64,000 bases of DNA, taken from positions 1,440,001-1,504,000 of the forward strand of contig JASGHJ010000001.1 in the NCBI GenBank assembly GCA_047602405.1, written 5' to 3'. Source of the stretch: Anaeromyxobacteraceae bacterium (GTDB taxonomy: Bacteria > Myxococcota > Myxococcia > Myxococcales > Anaeromyxobacteraceae). Position 1 is the stretch's first letter. The number at the start of each line of letters is the position of its first letter. The position numbers were made by a program, and so were the translations under genes. Under the pieces are notes generated by a model. That model had not been told where the DNA came from. It did not search any database and was given only the letters and a program-made list of their open reading frames with translations. This document shows positions 37,732 to 47,288 of the stretch, in pieces.

Positions 37732-39396
37732 TCAGCCCTGGGGCGCCTTCGCCGCCGGCAGCGTGAACCAGAACGTGCAGCCGCGCCCGGGCGCCGCGTC
37801 GACGCCGATGGCGCCGCCGTGCGCCTCGACGATCTCGCGCGCGATGTAGAGCCCGAGGCCCGCCCCGGGGCCCTGCGTGCCCGGCACGCGGTAGAAGCGC
37901 TCGAACACGCGGCCGGCCTGCTCGGGCGTGAGCCCGGGGCCCTCGTCCACGACCTCGAACCGCACGGCGCCGCCGGAGGTCCGGGTGCTCACCCGCACCG
38001 TGCCGCCCGCCGGGCTGTGCCGGACGGCGTTCCCGACGAGGTTCGCGAGGACGATCCCCGTGCGCTCGGCGTCGGCCTGCACCGTCTCCCTGGCCTCCCC
38101 GGCGACGAGCCGCACGCCCGCCGCCGCCGCCGGCGCGGCGGCCGCCTCGAGCGCGCGCGCGACGAGCTCCCCGGCCGCGCGGGGCGCAGGGTCGAGCTCG
38201 AGCTTCCCGGCCTGGATGCGCGAGAGGTCGAGGATCTCCTCGACGGTGTCGAGGAGGCGCGTGCAGTCCTGGCGGGCGCCGCCGAGGAGGCGGCGCTGCT
38301 CGTCGGTGACCGGGCCGGCCGCGCCGTCGCCGCAGAGGTGCACCGCCAGCTGCAGCGAGGTGAGCGGCGTGCGGAACTCGTGCGCCACCGTGGCGACGAG
38401 GTCGCTGCGGAGCTGGTCGAAGCGCGCGAGCCGGGTCACGTCCTGGAGCACGACCGTGACGCCGTTCACCTCACCGCCCCGCGTCCGGAGCGGCGACGCG
38501 TGCGGGAGGAAGGTGCGCGGCCCGCTACCCCGCGCCACGGTGACCGCCTCGTCGAGGCGGTTCGGCAGGTAGGGCTCGCCGCGCTCCGCCGCGTGGCGGA
38601 AGGCGGCGAGGAGCCGCGCGCGCAGGGGCGGCTCCGGGACGAGGTCGTCGAGGTGGTCGGGCAGCCCGTCCGGCCGCTCGAGCAGCGCGCGGGCCGTCGC
38701 GTTCAGGCCGAGCACGGCCCCCTCCCTGGACAGCACGAGCACCGGGTGGTGCAGGGAGTCGATCGCCGCCTGGGTGGTCCGCTGGGCGCGGACGAGCTCG
38801 CCGACCGAGCGGCGGGTGAGGCTCGCCGAGGCGATGACGCCGAGCACGAGCGCGACGCCGGTCGCGAGGGCGAGCAGCGTCTTGAACCGGTCGGCCATCA
38901 GGCCCGCCTCGACGCTCTTCCGCCGCATCGCCTCCTGGTTGATGTGGAGGAGCTCCTCGGAGGCGGCCTGGACGGCGTGGGCCGCGTCCTGCAGCGGGCC
39001 GAGGAGGGCCTCGCGGGTGAGCGGCCCCCGCAGCACCTCGTCCTCGGTCGCGAGGTAGCGCCGCCAGGCCTCCTCGAGCCGCCGGGTCACCTCCGCCTCG
39101 CCGGGCTCGCTGATGTGCTGGCGCTGGCCCTCGAGCTCCGCCTCGAAGCGCGCCCGGAGCGTCCGGGCGTCGCCGGTGGGCTGGATGCCCGCCGCGCGGA
39201 GGAGCGCGTCGTCGTGCATCTGCGCCAGGGCCGCGGACATGCGGTGGGCCGCCGCCGCGCTCCGGTAGTCGTCGTCGAGGCTGCTCTGCGCGTTCTGCCC
39301 GAGCGACGAGATGGTGCGCTGGGCGCCCCAGCCGACGAGGACGAGCGCGAGGACGAGCGGAGCCTGCGTCAGGAGGAGCCGCCTTCGGAACGTCAT
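37732..39396 (-). CDS. Sensor histidine kinase, KinB-like (periplasmic helical sensor, PAS-like domain, HisKA, HATPase)
   Basis: ATG 39396 after GAGGAGGAG; two TM segments; VAHEFRTPL H-box, NLVGNA, DEGPG, GAGLGL. Confidence 0.9.
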   Translation of the reverse strand: MTFRRRLLLTQAPLVLALVLVGWGAQRTISSLGQNAQSSLDDDYRSAAAAHRMSAALAQMHDDALLRAAGIQPTGDARTLRARFEAELEGQRQHISEPGEAEVTRRLEEAWRRYLATEDEVLRGPLTREALLGPLQDAAHAVQAASEELLHINQEAMRRKSVEAGLMADRFKTLLALATGVALVLGVIASASLTRRSVGELVRAQRTTQAAIDSLHHPVLVLSREGAVLGLNATARALLERPDGLPDHLDDLVPEPPLRARLLAAFRHAAERGEPYLPNRLDEAVTVARGSGPRTFLPHASPLRTRGGEVNGVTVVLQDVTRLARFDQLRSDLVATVAHEFRTPLTSLQLAVHLCGDGAAGPVTDEQRRLLGGARQDCTRLLDTVEEILDLSRIQAGKLELDPAPRAAGELVARALEAAAAPAAAAGVRLVAGEARETVQADAERTGIVLANLVGNAVRHSPAGGTVRVSTRTSGGAVRFEVVDEGPGLTPEQAGRVFERFYRVPGTQGPGAGLGLYIAREIVEAHGGAIGVDAAPGRGCTFWFTLPAAKAPQG

Positions 39397-39548
39397 CCCT
39401 CTCCTCCTCGTGACGGCCCCGTCCGTCCCCACCGGGCAGGCTGGCACCGGGGTGCCGATCGTGCGAGCCTCCACCGCATGGTGCCACCAGGACGCCCCCC
39501 CTGGCCCCCAATCCGCAGCCGGCGCCCCCGCAGCCCGAGGCGCTGCGG

Positions 39549-40085
39549 GTGCTCGTCGCGGACGACGAGCCGAACATCCGCGCCACGCTCGGCGTCTGCC
39601 TGCGGAGCCTCGGCTGCGAGGTGACCGAGGCCGGAGACGCCGCGGGGGCGCTCAGGGCGATCGGCGAGCGGCCCCACGCGCTCGCGCTCGTCGACCTCCG
39701 GCTCGGGGTGGACGACGGCCTCGACCTGTTGCCCCGCCTGCTCGGCCTGCAGCCCGACCTCGACGTCGTGATCATCACCGCCTACGGCCGGATCGAGTCG
39801 GCGGTCGAGGCGATGCGCCGGGGGGCACAGGACTACCTGCCGAAGCCGTTCACGCCGGTCCAGGTGGGCGAGGCCCTCGCGCGCACGCGCGAGCGGCGGG
39901 CGGCGCGCGCCGCCGCGCCGGCGCCCGCCGCGGTGCCCGGCGGCGACTTCACGACCGAGGAGGTCGAGCGCGAGCACGTGAAGCGGGTGGTGGCACGGGC
40001 GCCGACGCTCGCCGAGGCCTCCCGGATCCTCGGGCTCGACGTCACGACGCTGTGGCGCAAGCGGAAGCGCTGGCAGGACGGCTGA
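39549..40085 (+). CDS. Response regulator, REC + Fis-type HTH (AlgB-like, no AAA+ domain)
   Basis: VADDE, VDLRLG, ITAY, YLPKPF, EASRILGLDVTTLWRKRK. Could start at CTG 39501. Confidence 0.85.
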   Translation: MLVADDEPNIRATLGVCLRSLGCEVTEAGDAAGALRAIGERPHALALVDLRLGVDDGLDLLPRLLGLQPDLDVVIITAYGRIESAVEAMRRGAQDYLPKPFTPVQVGEALARTRERRAARAAAPAPAAVPGGDFTTEEVEREHVKRVVARAPTLAEASRILGLDVTTLWRKRKRWQDG

Positions 40086-40109
40086 GCCGGCGCCGGACGG
40101 CCGCCGCGG

Positions 40110-43100
40110 CTACTCGACCTTCACGAGGTTGTCGTCGGAGTTGCGGTCGATGCGCCGGTTGAACGGGTCGACGCCCGCCCAGCGCGGCTCGCGGTCGACG
40201 ACGAGCGTGAGGGTCGACGCCCCGCTCCTCACCCGCACCTTCTCGAGCCGGAGCACGTCCTCCTCGCGGAAGCCCTTCTTCCCGGGCTCGGCCGCGAAGA
40301 CGCCCACCTCCACGAGCTCGTCCATCGGCGCCTCGGTCTCGACACCCTTCCCGTCGGCGTACTTCTTCGCGGCGGTGATCGAGAGCGCGACCTCGAACTT
40401 GCCGTCGGGCCGGCGGGTCACCTTCGCGCCCTTGGCGCCGAGGTCGTAGAGCGTGATCCGCTCGAAGAGGTCGGTGATGAGCGCGTCGTGCGCGGGGCCG
40501 GCCTCCTCGCGGAGGATCCGGAGGAAGTCGGTGGAGGACGGGTAGGGCGCCGGCTTGAAGGCGAACTCCGAGACGAGCCGGCGGAGCGAGCGGGTCACGA
40601 CCTCGCGCCCGACGACCTCGTCGAGCCAGGCCATGACGAGCGTGCCCTTCTGGTAGTGGATGTAGCCCTGGTTCTCGACGCGGGCGAGCGGCAGCTCCTC
40701 CACGAGCTCGCTCCCGCGCGAGCGCAGGTAGCGGTCGAGCTCGTACTTCGTGAAGCGCCGCAGCTGCGCCTTCCCGTAGAGGTCCTCCATCACGAGGAGC
40801 GCGCCGTACTGCGCGAAGGTCTCGACGAGCATGGTCCCGCCCTGCATGTCGGCGCCGACGATTCTGGTGGCCGAACCACTGGTGGGCGACCTCGTGGGCG
40901 GTCACGTAGGTGGCGAGGTCCACCTTCTCCGGATCCGAGGCGTCGGCGACGAAGCCGATGGCCTCCGAGTAGGGGATGGTGTTCGAGAACGACTGGGCGA
41001 AGCTGGCGTAGGCGGGGAACTCGAGCACGCGGAGCTGGCGGAACTGGAAGGGCGAGAAGGCCCGCCCGAACAGCTCGAGCGAGCGCCTCATCGAGCCGAG
41101 CATGCGGTCCAGGGTGTACCCGTGCGGCGGGTGGTGCAGGACCGCCGTCTCGACCGCGCCCACCCGCTGGACCTTCGCGGCGTAGCGCGCCGACTGCAGC
41201 GAGAAGAAGTGGTGGATCGGCGCCTCGGTCCGGGTGCGCAGCGTGCGCCGGCCCCCGCGCGTCGTCTCCTCGACCGTGTAGCCCGGGAGCACCGGCACCT
41301 GGTCGGCGTCGGTCGTGAGCGACAGCTCGGCGTTCACCCAGTCGGAGTCGTGTCGGAGGTAGTGGTGGGCGCGGGCGGCCGGGTCCTCGAGCTTCGCCAT
41401 CCGGGGCAGCTCGGGCAGGCCGTACTTCCTGCGCTTCGCGCGGTCGGTGAGGAGCCCCTCCCCGCGCCACCACCCGAGCGACGGGGCGATCTCGGTGTTG
41501 TCGAGGAAGGTCCCGTTCCCGACGACGCGGGTGAGCGGCTGGCGCGCCGGGAAGCCGCGCTCCTCGAGGGTGGTGGCGAAGGCGATCCGGCGCCGCTCGC
41601 CGGGCGCCATCGGGGGCGAGAGCCTGAAGATGCGGCAGTGGACGTCCGGCAGCTCCTGCTCGACCGCGCCGCGCTCGACCGTGAGCTCGTCCAGCCGCAG
41701 GCGCAGGTCCCAGCGGACGTGGACGTGGTCGAGCGGTGCCCCGGTGCGGTTCTCGATCGCGTACTCGCCGCGGGTCACCGCGCGCACCTCGCGCGGGAAG
41801 AGCTGCACGTCGAGCTTGACGTCGGTGATGGTCGGCTGCGGGACCTTCTCGAAGGGCGAGAGCGTCTTCTCGACGAGCGCCTGCCGGGCCTCCTCGTCGT
41901 CGTCGGAGCGGTAGGTGTTGAGGACGTTGGTGTTGAAGAACACCCAGCCGCCGGCCACCGCCGCGCCCGCGAGCGCGAGCGCCGCGAGGACACCCGGCGC
42001 GCCGCGGAGCCGGCGGGGCAGCGCGCGGAGGCGCGGCGTGAGCCGGGCCTCCGTGCCGCGGCGCCGGAGCGCGTGGGCGAGGACCAGCACCGCGACCGAC
42101 AGGAGGAGCCAGTAGAGCTGCAGCCAGGCCGCGCCCACCCAGAACCGGCCCAGGCCGTTCATGTCGGAGAGCGGGGTGGGCGTCGTCGACGACCAGCGGT
42201 AGAGCGGGTGCTGGAAGCCCGCCTTCGAGAGCGAGCTCATCACCACGACGTAGACGAGCATCGCCGCCCAGCCGAGCGGCTTCGACGCCACGATCGACTG
42301 CACGAACACCGCGAAGACCGCGAAGAGGAAGAGCGCGATCACCGTGGGGACCGCGAACCAGAGGAGGTAGTGCCCGAGCTCGAGGGTGGTCCAGCCCTTC
42401 AGGAGCTGGGTCCCGACCGCGGTGAGCACGCCCACGAGCACCGTCGCGGCGAGCACCCCGGTCACCGCGACGAGCTTCGGGACGAGGAAGGTCCAGTCCG
42501 GCGCCGGCGTCGCATCGACGATCTCGTGCACGCGCCGCTCGCGGTCCCGCCAGACGAGCTCGCCCGCGTAGTAGATCGCGATGAGGAGCGGGAAGAGCGA
42601 GAAGGCGCCGTCGAGCGCCCGCACCATCCCGCGGGTCACCGGCAGGAGCTCCGCCCCCATGAAGTCCGTGGAGGTGAAGAGGGAGGCGAAGGCGTTCAGG
42701 ACGCCGAGGGCGAGCAGCACGTAGAAGGCCGGGCTGCGCAGCACGAAGAGGGCGTCGAAGCGGGCGAGGGTGAGCAGGGCGGACCAGGCGCCCTGGGCTC
42801 GTCCCTCGGCTTCGTTCACCCGGGGCCCTTCGACTTCGCCGCCTGCGGCGGCTACGCTCAGGGTGAACGAAGTCGAAGGGCTCGGGATGAGCGGCCGCGA
42901 GGCCACGAGGTGGGCGTCAGCAGGCTCGCCCCCCTCCGCCTTCCCACCCCCCGCCGGCTTCGCCTCGAACCGGAACAGCCGGTAGGCGACCGCGAAGAGC
43001 ACGACGGTGATCGCGCCCCACAGGAGCCGGTTCCGGAGCAGCGGCCCCGCGAGCGGCAACAGCTGCGTGTTGCGCTCGGCGGTCGTCCAGTAGCGGGTCA

Positions 43101-43752
43101 TCGCCTCGGCGGCGCCGAGCCCGAACGGGTCGAGGAGCGCGACGAGGTCGAGCCAGCGGGGATCCTGGAGCCCGATGATGGCCGCGAAGTAGAGGGCGAG
43201 GAACCCGACCGCGCCGACGTAGGTCGTGGTCATCGAGCGGGTGCCGGTCGCGAGCGCGAAGAAGCCCGCGGAGAGGAGCAGCACCGTGGGCAGGAGGAGC
43301 ACGAGGAGCACGTGCAGGTAGTCGCCCGCCCGGAACGGCCCGAGCTTGTCGGGGTCGAGCCAGGGCATCCACGTCCCGACGAGCACGCCGAGCGCCACCG
43401 AGCACAGCACGAGGTACCCGACGGCCGTCGCGCCGAGGAACCGGCCCACCACGTAGGCGGGCTTCGTCACCCGGGTGGTGTGCACGATCGGCGCGAAGCC
43501 CGTCTCGTCGTCGCGCACCACCGCGCCCGCGACGAAGGCCACGACGACGAACACCCCGAACACCGCCATCACGCCCACGGTCTGCACGAGCGCGAAGGGC
43601 GAGTTCAGGTGGGTGAGGCCGCGGCCGCCGATGCTGACGCCCTCGACGGCGACCGAGGCGAAGGAGAGGAGGAAGAAGATCGCCGAGGCGATCCAGAACA
43701 GCGGGGAGCGGACGAGGAAGCGGATCTCGAAGGCCGCGACGCGGGCGAGCAC
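40110..43752 (-). CDS. ABC-2-type permease fused to an M1 aminopeptidase domain (apparent +1 frameshift at about 40862)
   Basis: GTG 43752 after AGGAG; two multi-TM halves; FAQSF, HEVAHQW; downstream frame supplies ETFAQY and YIHYQKG. Removing one base gives HQWFGHQIVGADMQG. Confidence 0.85.
42803..42881. repeat. REP-like palindromic element inserted in-frame in the permease/M1 gene
   Basis: 14-bp perfect IR 42825-42838/42868-42881, inner hairpin GCCGCC-TGC-GGCGGC, and IR TTCGTTCACCC/GGGTGAACGAA. Confidence 0.75.
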
Positions 43753-43784
43753 GGTGGGCTCCTGGGGTCTCGGGCGGCGCCCGC

Positions 43785-44672
43785 TCAGGCGGCGCGCGGC
43801 GCGGCGCGCCCGGCGGCGAGGGTCGCGAAGTAGAAGTCCTCGAGCCCCGCGACGGCGGGCTCGAAGCCCGGCCCCGGCGCGGCGTCGGCCACGACGTGCA
43901 CGACGGTGCGGCCCTCCCTGAGGCGCGTCGAGATCACGTTCATCGCGTCGCGGTACGCGGGGAGCTCGGCCTTGTCGATCACCCGCCGCCACACCCGGTC
44001 GCGCAGCGACGCGACGAGCGCGTGCGGCGTGCCCGAGGCGACGATCTTCCCGTCCGCGAGGATCGCCATGTTCGAGCAGAGGTCGGTGACGTCCTCGACG
44101 ATGTGCGTGGAGAGGATGACGACCACGTTCTCGCCGATCTCGGCGAGGAGGTTCGAGAAGCGGTTCCGCTCCTCGGGGTCGAGGCCGGCGGTCGGCTCGT
44201 CGACGATGACGAGCCGCGGGTCGCCGAGCAGCGCCTGGGCGATGCCGAACCGCTGGCGCATGCCGCCCGAGTAGCCGGCGAGCGCCTTCTTGCGGACGTC
44301 CCAGAGGTTCACCTGCCGGAGCAGGCGCTCCACCGCGTCCTTCCGCTCGCCGCGCGCGGTGAAGCCCTTCAGCACCGCGAGGTGATCCAGCATCTCGAGG
44401 GCCGAGACGCGCGGGTAGACGCCGAAGTCCTGCGGGAGGTAGCCGAGCTGCCGGCGCAGGTCGTCGGGCCGCGCCACCACGTCGGCGCCGTCGAAGGTGA
44501 TCCGGCCGGAGGTCGGGCGCTGCAGCGTGGCGACGCACCGCATGAGCGTCGACTTCCCCGCCCCGTTCGGCCCGAGGAGGCCGAACATGCCGCGGGGGAT
44601 CGTGAGGGAGACGCCGTCGAGCGCGCGGGTGCCGCCGCCGTAGACATGGGTGAGGTCCGAGATCGAGAGCAA
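43785..44672 (-). CDS. ABC transporter ATP-binding protein
   Basis: GPNGAGKST, YSGGMRQR, VDEPT, STH. Confidence 0.95.
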   Translation of the reverse strand: MLSISDLTHVYGGGTRALDGVSLTIPRGMFGLLGPNGAGKSTLMRCVATLQRPTSGRITFDGADVVARPDDLRRQLGYLPQDFGVYPRVSALEMLDHLAVLKGFTARGERKDAVERLLRQVNLWDVRKKALAGYSGGMRQRFGIAQALLGDPRLVIVDEPTAGLDPEERNRFSNLLAEIGENVVVILSTHIVEDVTDLCSNMAILADGKIVASGTPHALVASLRDRVWRRVIDKAELPAYRDAMNVISTRLREGRTVVHVVADAAPGPGFEPAVAGLEDFYFATLAAGRAAPRAA

Positions 44673-44815
44673 GCGGCCTCCGGGTGCGGGTCGTGGGGGT
44701 GGTATAGGACCATGCGTACGCCGGAAGTGGCCGTGCTATTTCGGGATCCTTGTCGCGGCGCGCCGCCTCGCCTAGATCACGGACTCGGCGAAAACGCCCA
44801 CGGAGGAACGCCCGC

Positions 44816-46375
44816 TTGCCCCAGCCCCCGAAGAAGAAGCCCCTGCTCCTCGTGGTCCTCGACGGGTGGGGCATCCGCGTCGACCGGGAGGCGAACGCGA
44901 TCGCGGTCGCGGGCACGCCCAACATGGACGCCCTCGCGAACGAGTTCCCGCACACCGCGCTCCAGACGAGCGGCAACGCGGTGGGGCTCCCCGACGGGCA
45001 GATGGGCAACTCGGAGGTCGGGCACACCAACCTCGGCGCCGGGCGGATCGTGTACCAGGACCTCGTCCGCATCAACCGCGACATCGAGGAGGGCGGCTTC
45101 TTCAAGAACGACGCCTTGCTGCTCGCCGTGCGCCGGGCGAAGGAGCACGGCGGCGCGCTCCACCTCCTCGGCCTCCTCTCCGATGGCGGCGTGCACAGCC
45201 ACGAGGAGCACCTCGCCGCGCTGCTCGAGCTCGCGCGGCGCGAGGGGCTGCACAGGGTCTTCATCCACGCGTTCATGGACGGCCGCGACACCCCGCCCAG
45301 GAGCGGCCTCGACTACATGGCGAGGCTCGAGAAGCGGCTCCGGGAGACCGGGCACGGCAAGATCGCCACCGTCTCCGGGCGCTACTACGCCATGGACCGC
45401 GACAAGCGGTGGGACCGCGTGCAGCAGGCGTACGCCGCCATCGTGAAGGGGGAGGGGAAGCGCGCCGGCTCGGGCGTCGCCGCGATGCAGCAGTCGTACG
45501 CGGAGGAGAAGGGCGACGAGTTCGTGCTCCCGACCGTGATCGTGAACGGCGACCAGCAGCCGGTCGGCCCGGTGCGCGACGGCGACGCGATCATCTTCTT
45601 CAACTTCCGCGCGGACCGCGCCCGCGAGATCACCCGCGCGCTCGCCTTCGACGACTTCAAGGACTTCGAGCGCGGCCACCCGCCCAGGCTCTCGGCGTAC
45701 GTCTGCATGACCCAGTACGACGAGACCTTCACCTTCCCGACCGCGTACCCGCCCCAGGACCTCACCGAGATCTTCCCGGAGATCGTCAGCCGCGCCGGGC
45801 TGAAGCAGCTGCGCTGCGCCGAGACCGAGAAGTACGCGCACGTCACCTTCTTCTTCAATGGCGGGCGCGAGCAGGTCTTCGACGGCGAGGACCGGATCCT
45901 CGTGCCGAGCCCGCGCGAGGTGAAGACCTACGACGAGAAGCCGGAGATGAGCGCCCGGGAGGTCACCGAGAAGCTCGTCGCCGCGATCGGCACCGGGAAG
46001 TACGGCTTCGTGCTCGTGAACTTCGCGAACCCGGACATGGTCGGGCACACCGGCCTCCTCGACGCCGCGGTGAAGGCCGTGAAGGTGGTGGACGAGTGCG
46101 TCGGGCGCCTGTGGCAGGCGGCCCGCGCGCAGGGCATGGCCATGATGATCACGGCCGACCACGGCAACTGCGAGCAGATGACCGACCCGGTGACCGGGCA
46201 GCCGCACACGGCCCACACCCTCAACCCCGTGCCGTTCATCCTCGCCGACCCGGACTACCGCGGGGCGAAGCTGCGTCCGCAGGGCGTCCTCGCGGACGTC
46301 GCGCCGACCGCGCTCGCGGTGATGGGGATCCCCCAGCCCAGGGAGATGAAGGGGTTGGGCCTCCTCGTCCGCTAG
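44816..46375 (+). CDS. gpmI: 2,3-bisphosphoglycerate-independent phosphoglycerate mutase
   Basis: [59 protein letters not shown] start after GGAGG. Confidence 0.97.
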   Translation: MPQPPKKKPLLLVVLDGWGIRVDREANAIAVAGTPNMDALANEFPHTALQTSGNAVGLPDGQMGNSEVGHTNLGAGRIVYQDLVRINRDIEEGGFFKNDALLLAVRRAKEHGGALHLLGLLSDGGVHSHEEHLAALLELARREGLHRVFIHAFMDGRDTPPRSGLDYMARLEKRLRETGHGKIATVSGRYYAMDRDKRWDRVQQAYAAIVKGEGKRAGSGVAAMQQSYAEEKGDEFVLPTVIVNGDQQPVGPVRDGDAIIFFNFRADRAREITRALAFDDFKDFERGHPPRLSAYVCMTQYDETFTFPTAYPPQDLTEIFPEIVSRAGLKQLRCAETEKYAHVTFFFNGGREQVFDGEDRILVPSPREVKTYDEKPEMSAREVTEKLVAAIGTGKYGFVLVNFANPDMVGHTGLLDAAVKAVKVVDECVGRLWQAARAQGMAMMITADHGNCEQMTDPVTGQPHTAHTLNPVPFILADPDYRGAKLRPQGVLADVAPTALAVMGIPQPREMKGLGLLVR

Positions 46376-46400
46376 CACGGTCCTCGCATCGAGGCGCGGC

Positions 46401-47066
46401 ATGCTCCGCGCCCTGCTCGATCTCGTCTACCCGCCTTGCTGCGTTGCCTGCGGCGAGGACCTCGCCGACGTCGCCTCCGGCGAGCGGCTCGCCGGCGCCG
46501 CCTCCGGCGAGCCGTTCTGCGCCGTCTGCGCCGACGCGCTCCTCCCCCCGCCCACGCTCGTGGGCGTGGAGGGGCTCGACGGGATCGCGGCGGGTGGCCT
46601 CCTCGGCGGCCCGCTCGCCGACGCGATCCACGCCCTCAAGTACGGCGACCGGCCCGCGCTCGCGCGGCCGCTCGGCGCGTGGCTCGCGGCGCGCGTCCCG
46701 CTGCCGCCCGGCGCGCTCCTCCTCGGCGTGCCGCTCGCGCGGGGCCGGAGGATCGCGCGCGGCTACGACCAGGCGGCGCTGCTCGCGCGGGAGGTGGCCC
46801 GCGCGGCGCGGCGGCGCGCCCGCCTCGCCCCCGCCGGCGTGCTCGCCCGCGTGCGCGAGACCGCGCCCCAGGTCGGCAAGGGGCGCGCGGCGCGGCGCAC
46901 CAACGTCGTCGGGGCCTTCGCGGCAGGACGCCGCGCCGCAGGGCTCGACCTCGTGCTCGTGGACGACGTGGTCACGACCGGCGCGACCGCGGAGGCCGCG
47001 GCGCGCGCGCTCCGCGCGGCGGGCGCACGGTCCGTCCGCGTCATCGCGCTCGCCCGCGCGGAGTGA
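46401..47066 (+). CDS. comF: ComF family protein (Zn ribbon + phosphoribosyltransferase-like)
   Basis: LDLVYPPCCVAC, CAVC, RGYDQA, LVDDVVTTGAT. Confidence 0.85.
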   Translation: MLRALLDLVYPPCCVACGEDLADVASGERLAGAASGEPFCAVCADALLPPPTLVGVEGLDGIAAGGLLGGPLADAIHALKYGDRPALARPLGAWLAARVPLPPGALLLGVPLARGRRIARGYDQAALLAREVARAARRRARLAPAGVLARVRETAPQVGKGRAARRTNVVGAFAAGRRAAGLDLVLVDDVVTTGATAEAAARALRAAGARSVRVIALARAE

Positions 47067-47288
47067 GCGGAACGGGAGCGATCACGGGCGTGTGGGAGCC
47101 GTTCACACCTCGCGAAGGGGAGGCACGGCAGGATCCCGCGCGGACGTCCGTCGGACGGGGGACAGCCCGAAGCTCGCGGCCGGCCTCACCTCGTGTGAAA
47201 ATCCGGGTCCCGCCGGCGGTGTCTCGCCCGCGGTGTTCGGCAAGGGCGGCACCGCCCGGCAGCACGGATCTCGGAGAGGGGACCTTCC

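Noticed and set aside
40042..45291. 1749-aa ORF as one giant protein
   Set aside because: The N-terminal part overlaps gpmI and the ABC ATPase in shadow frames. The real start is 43752 and the real C-terminus is in the 40110-40847 frame.
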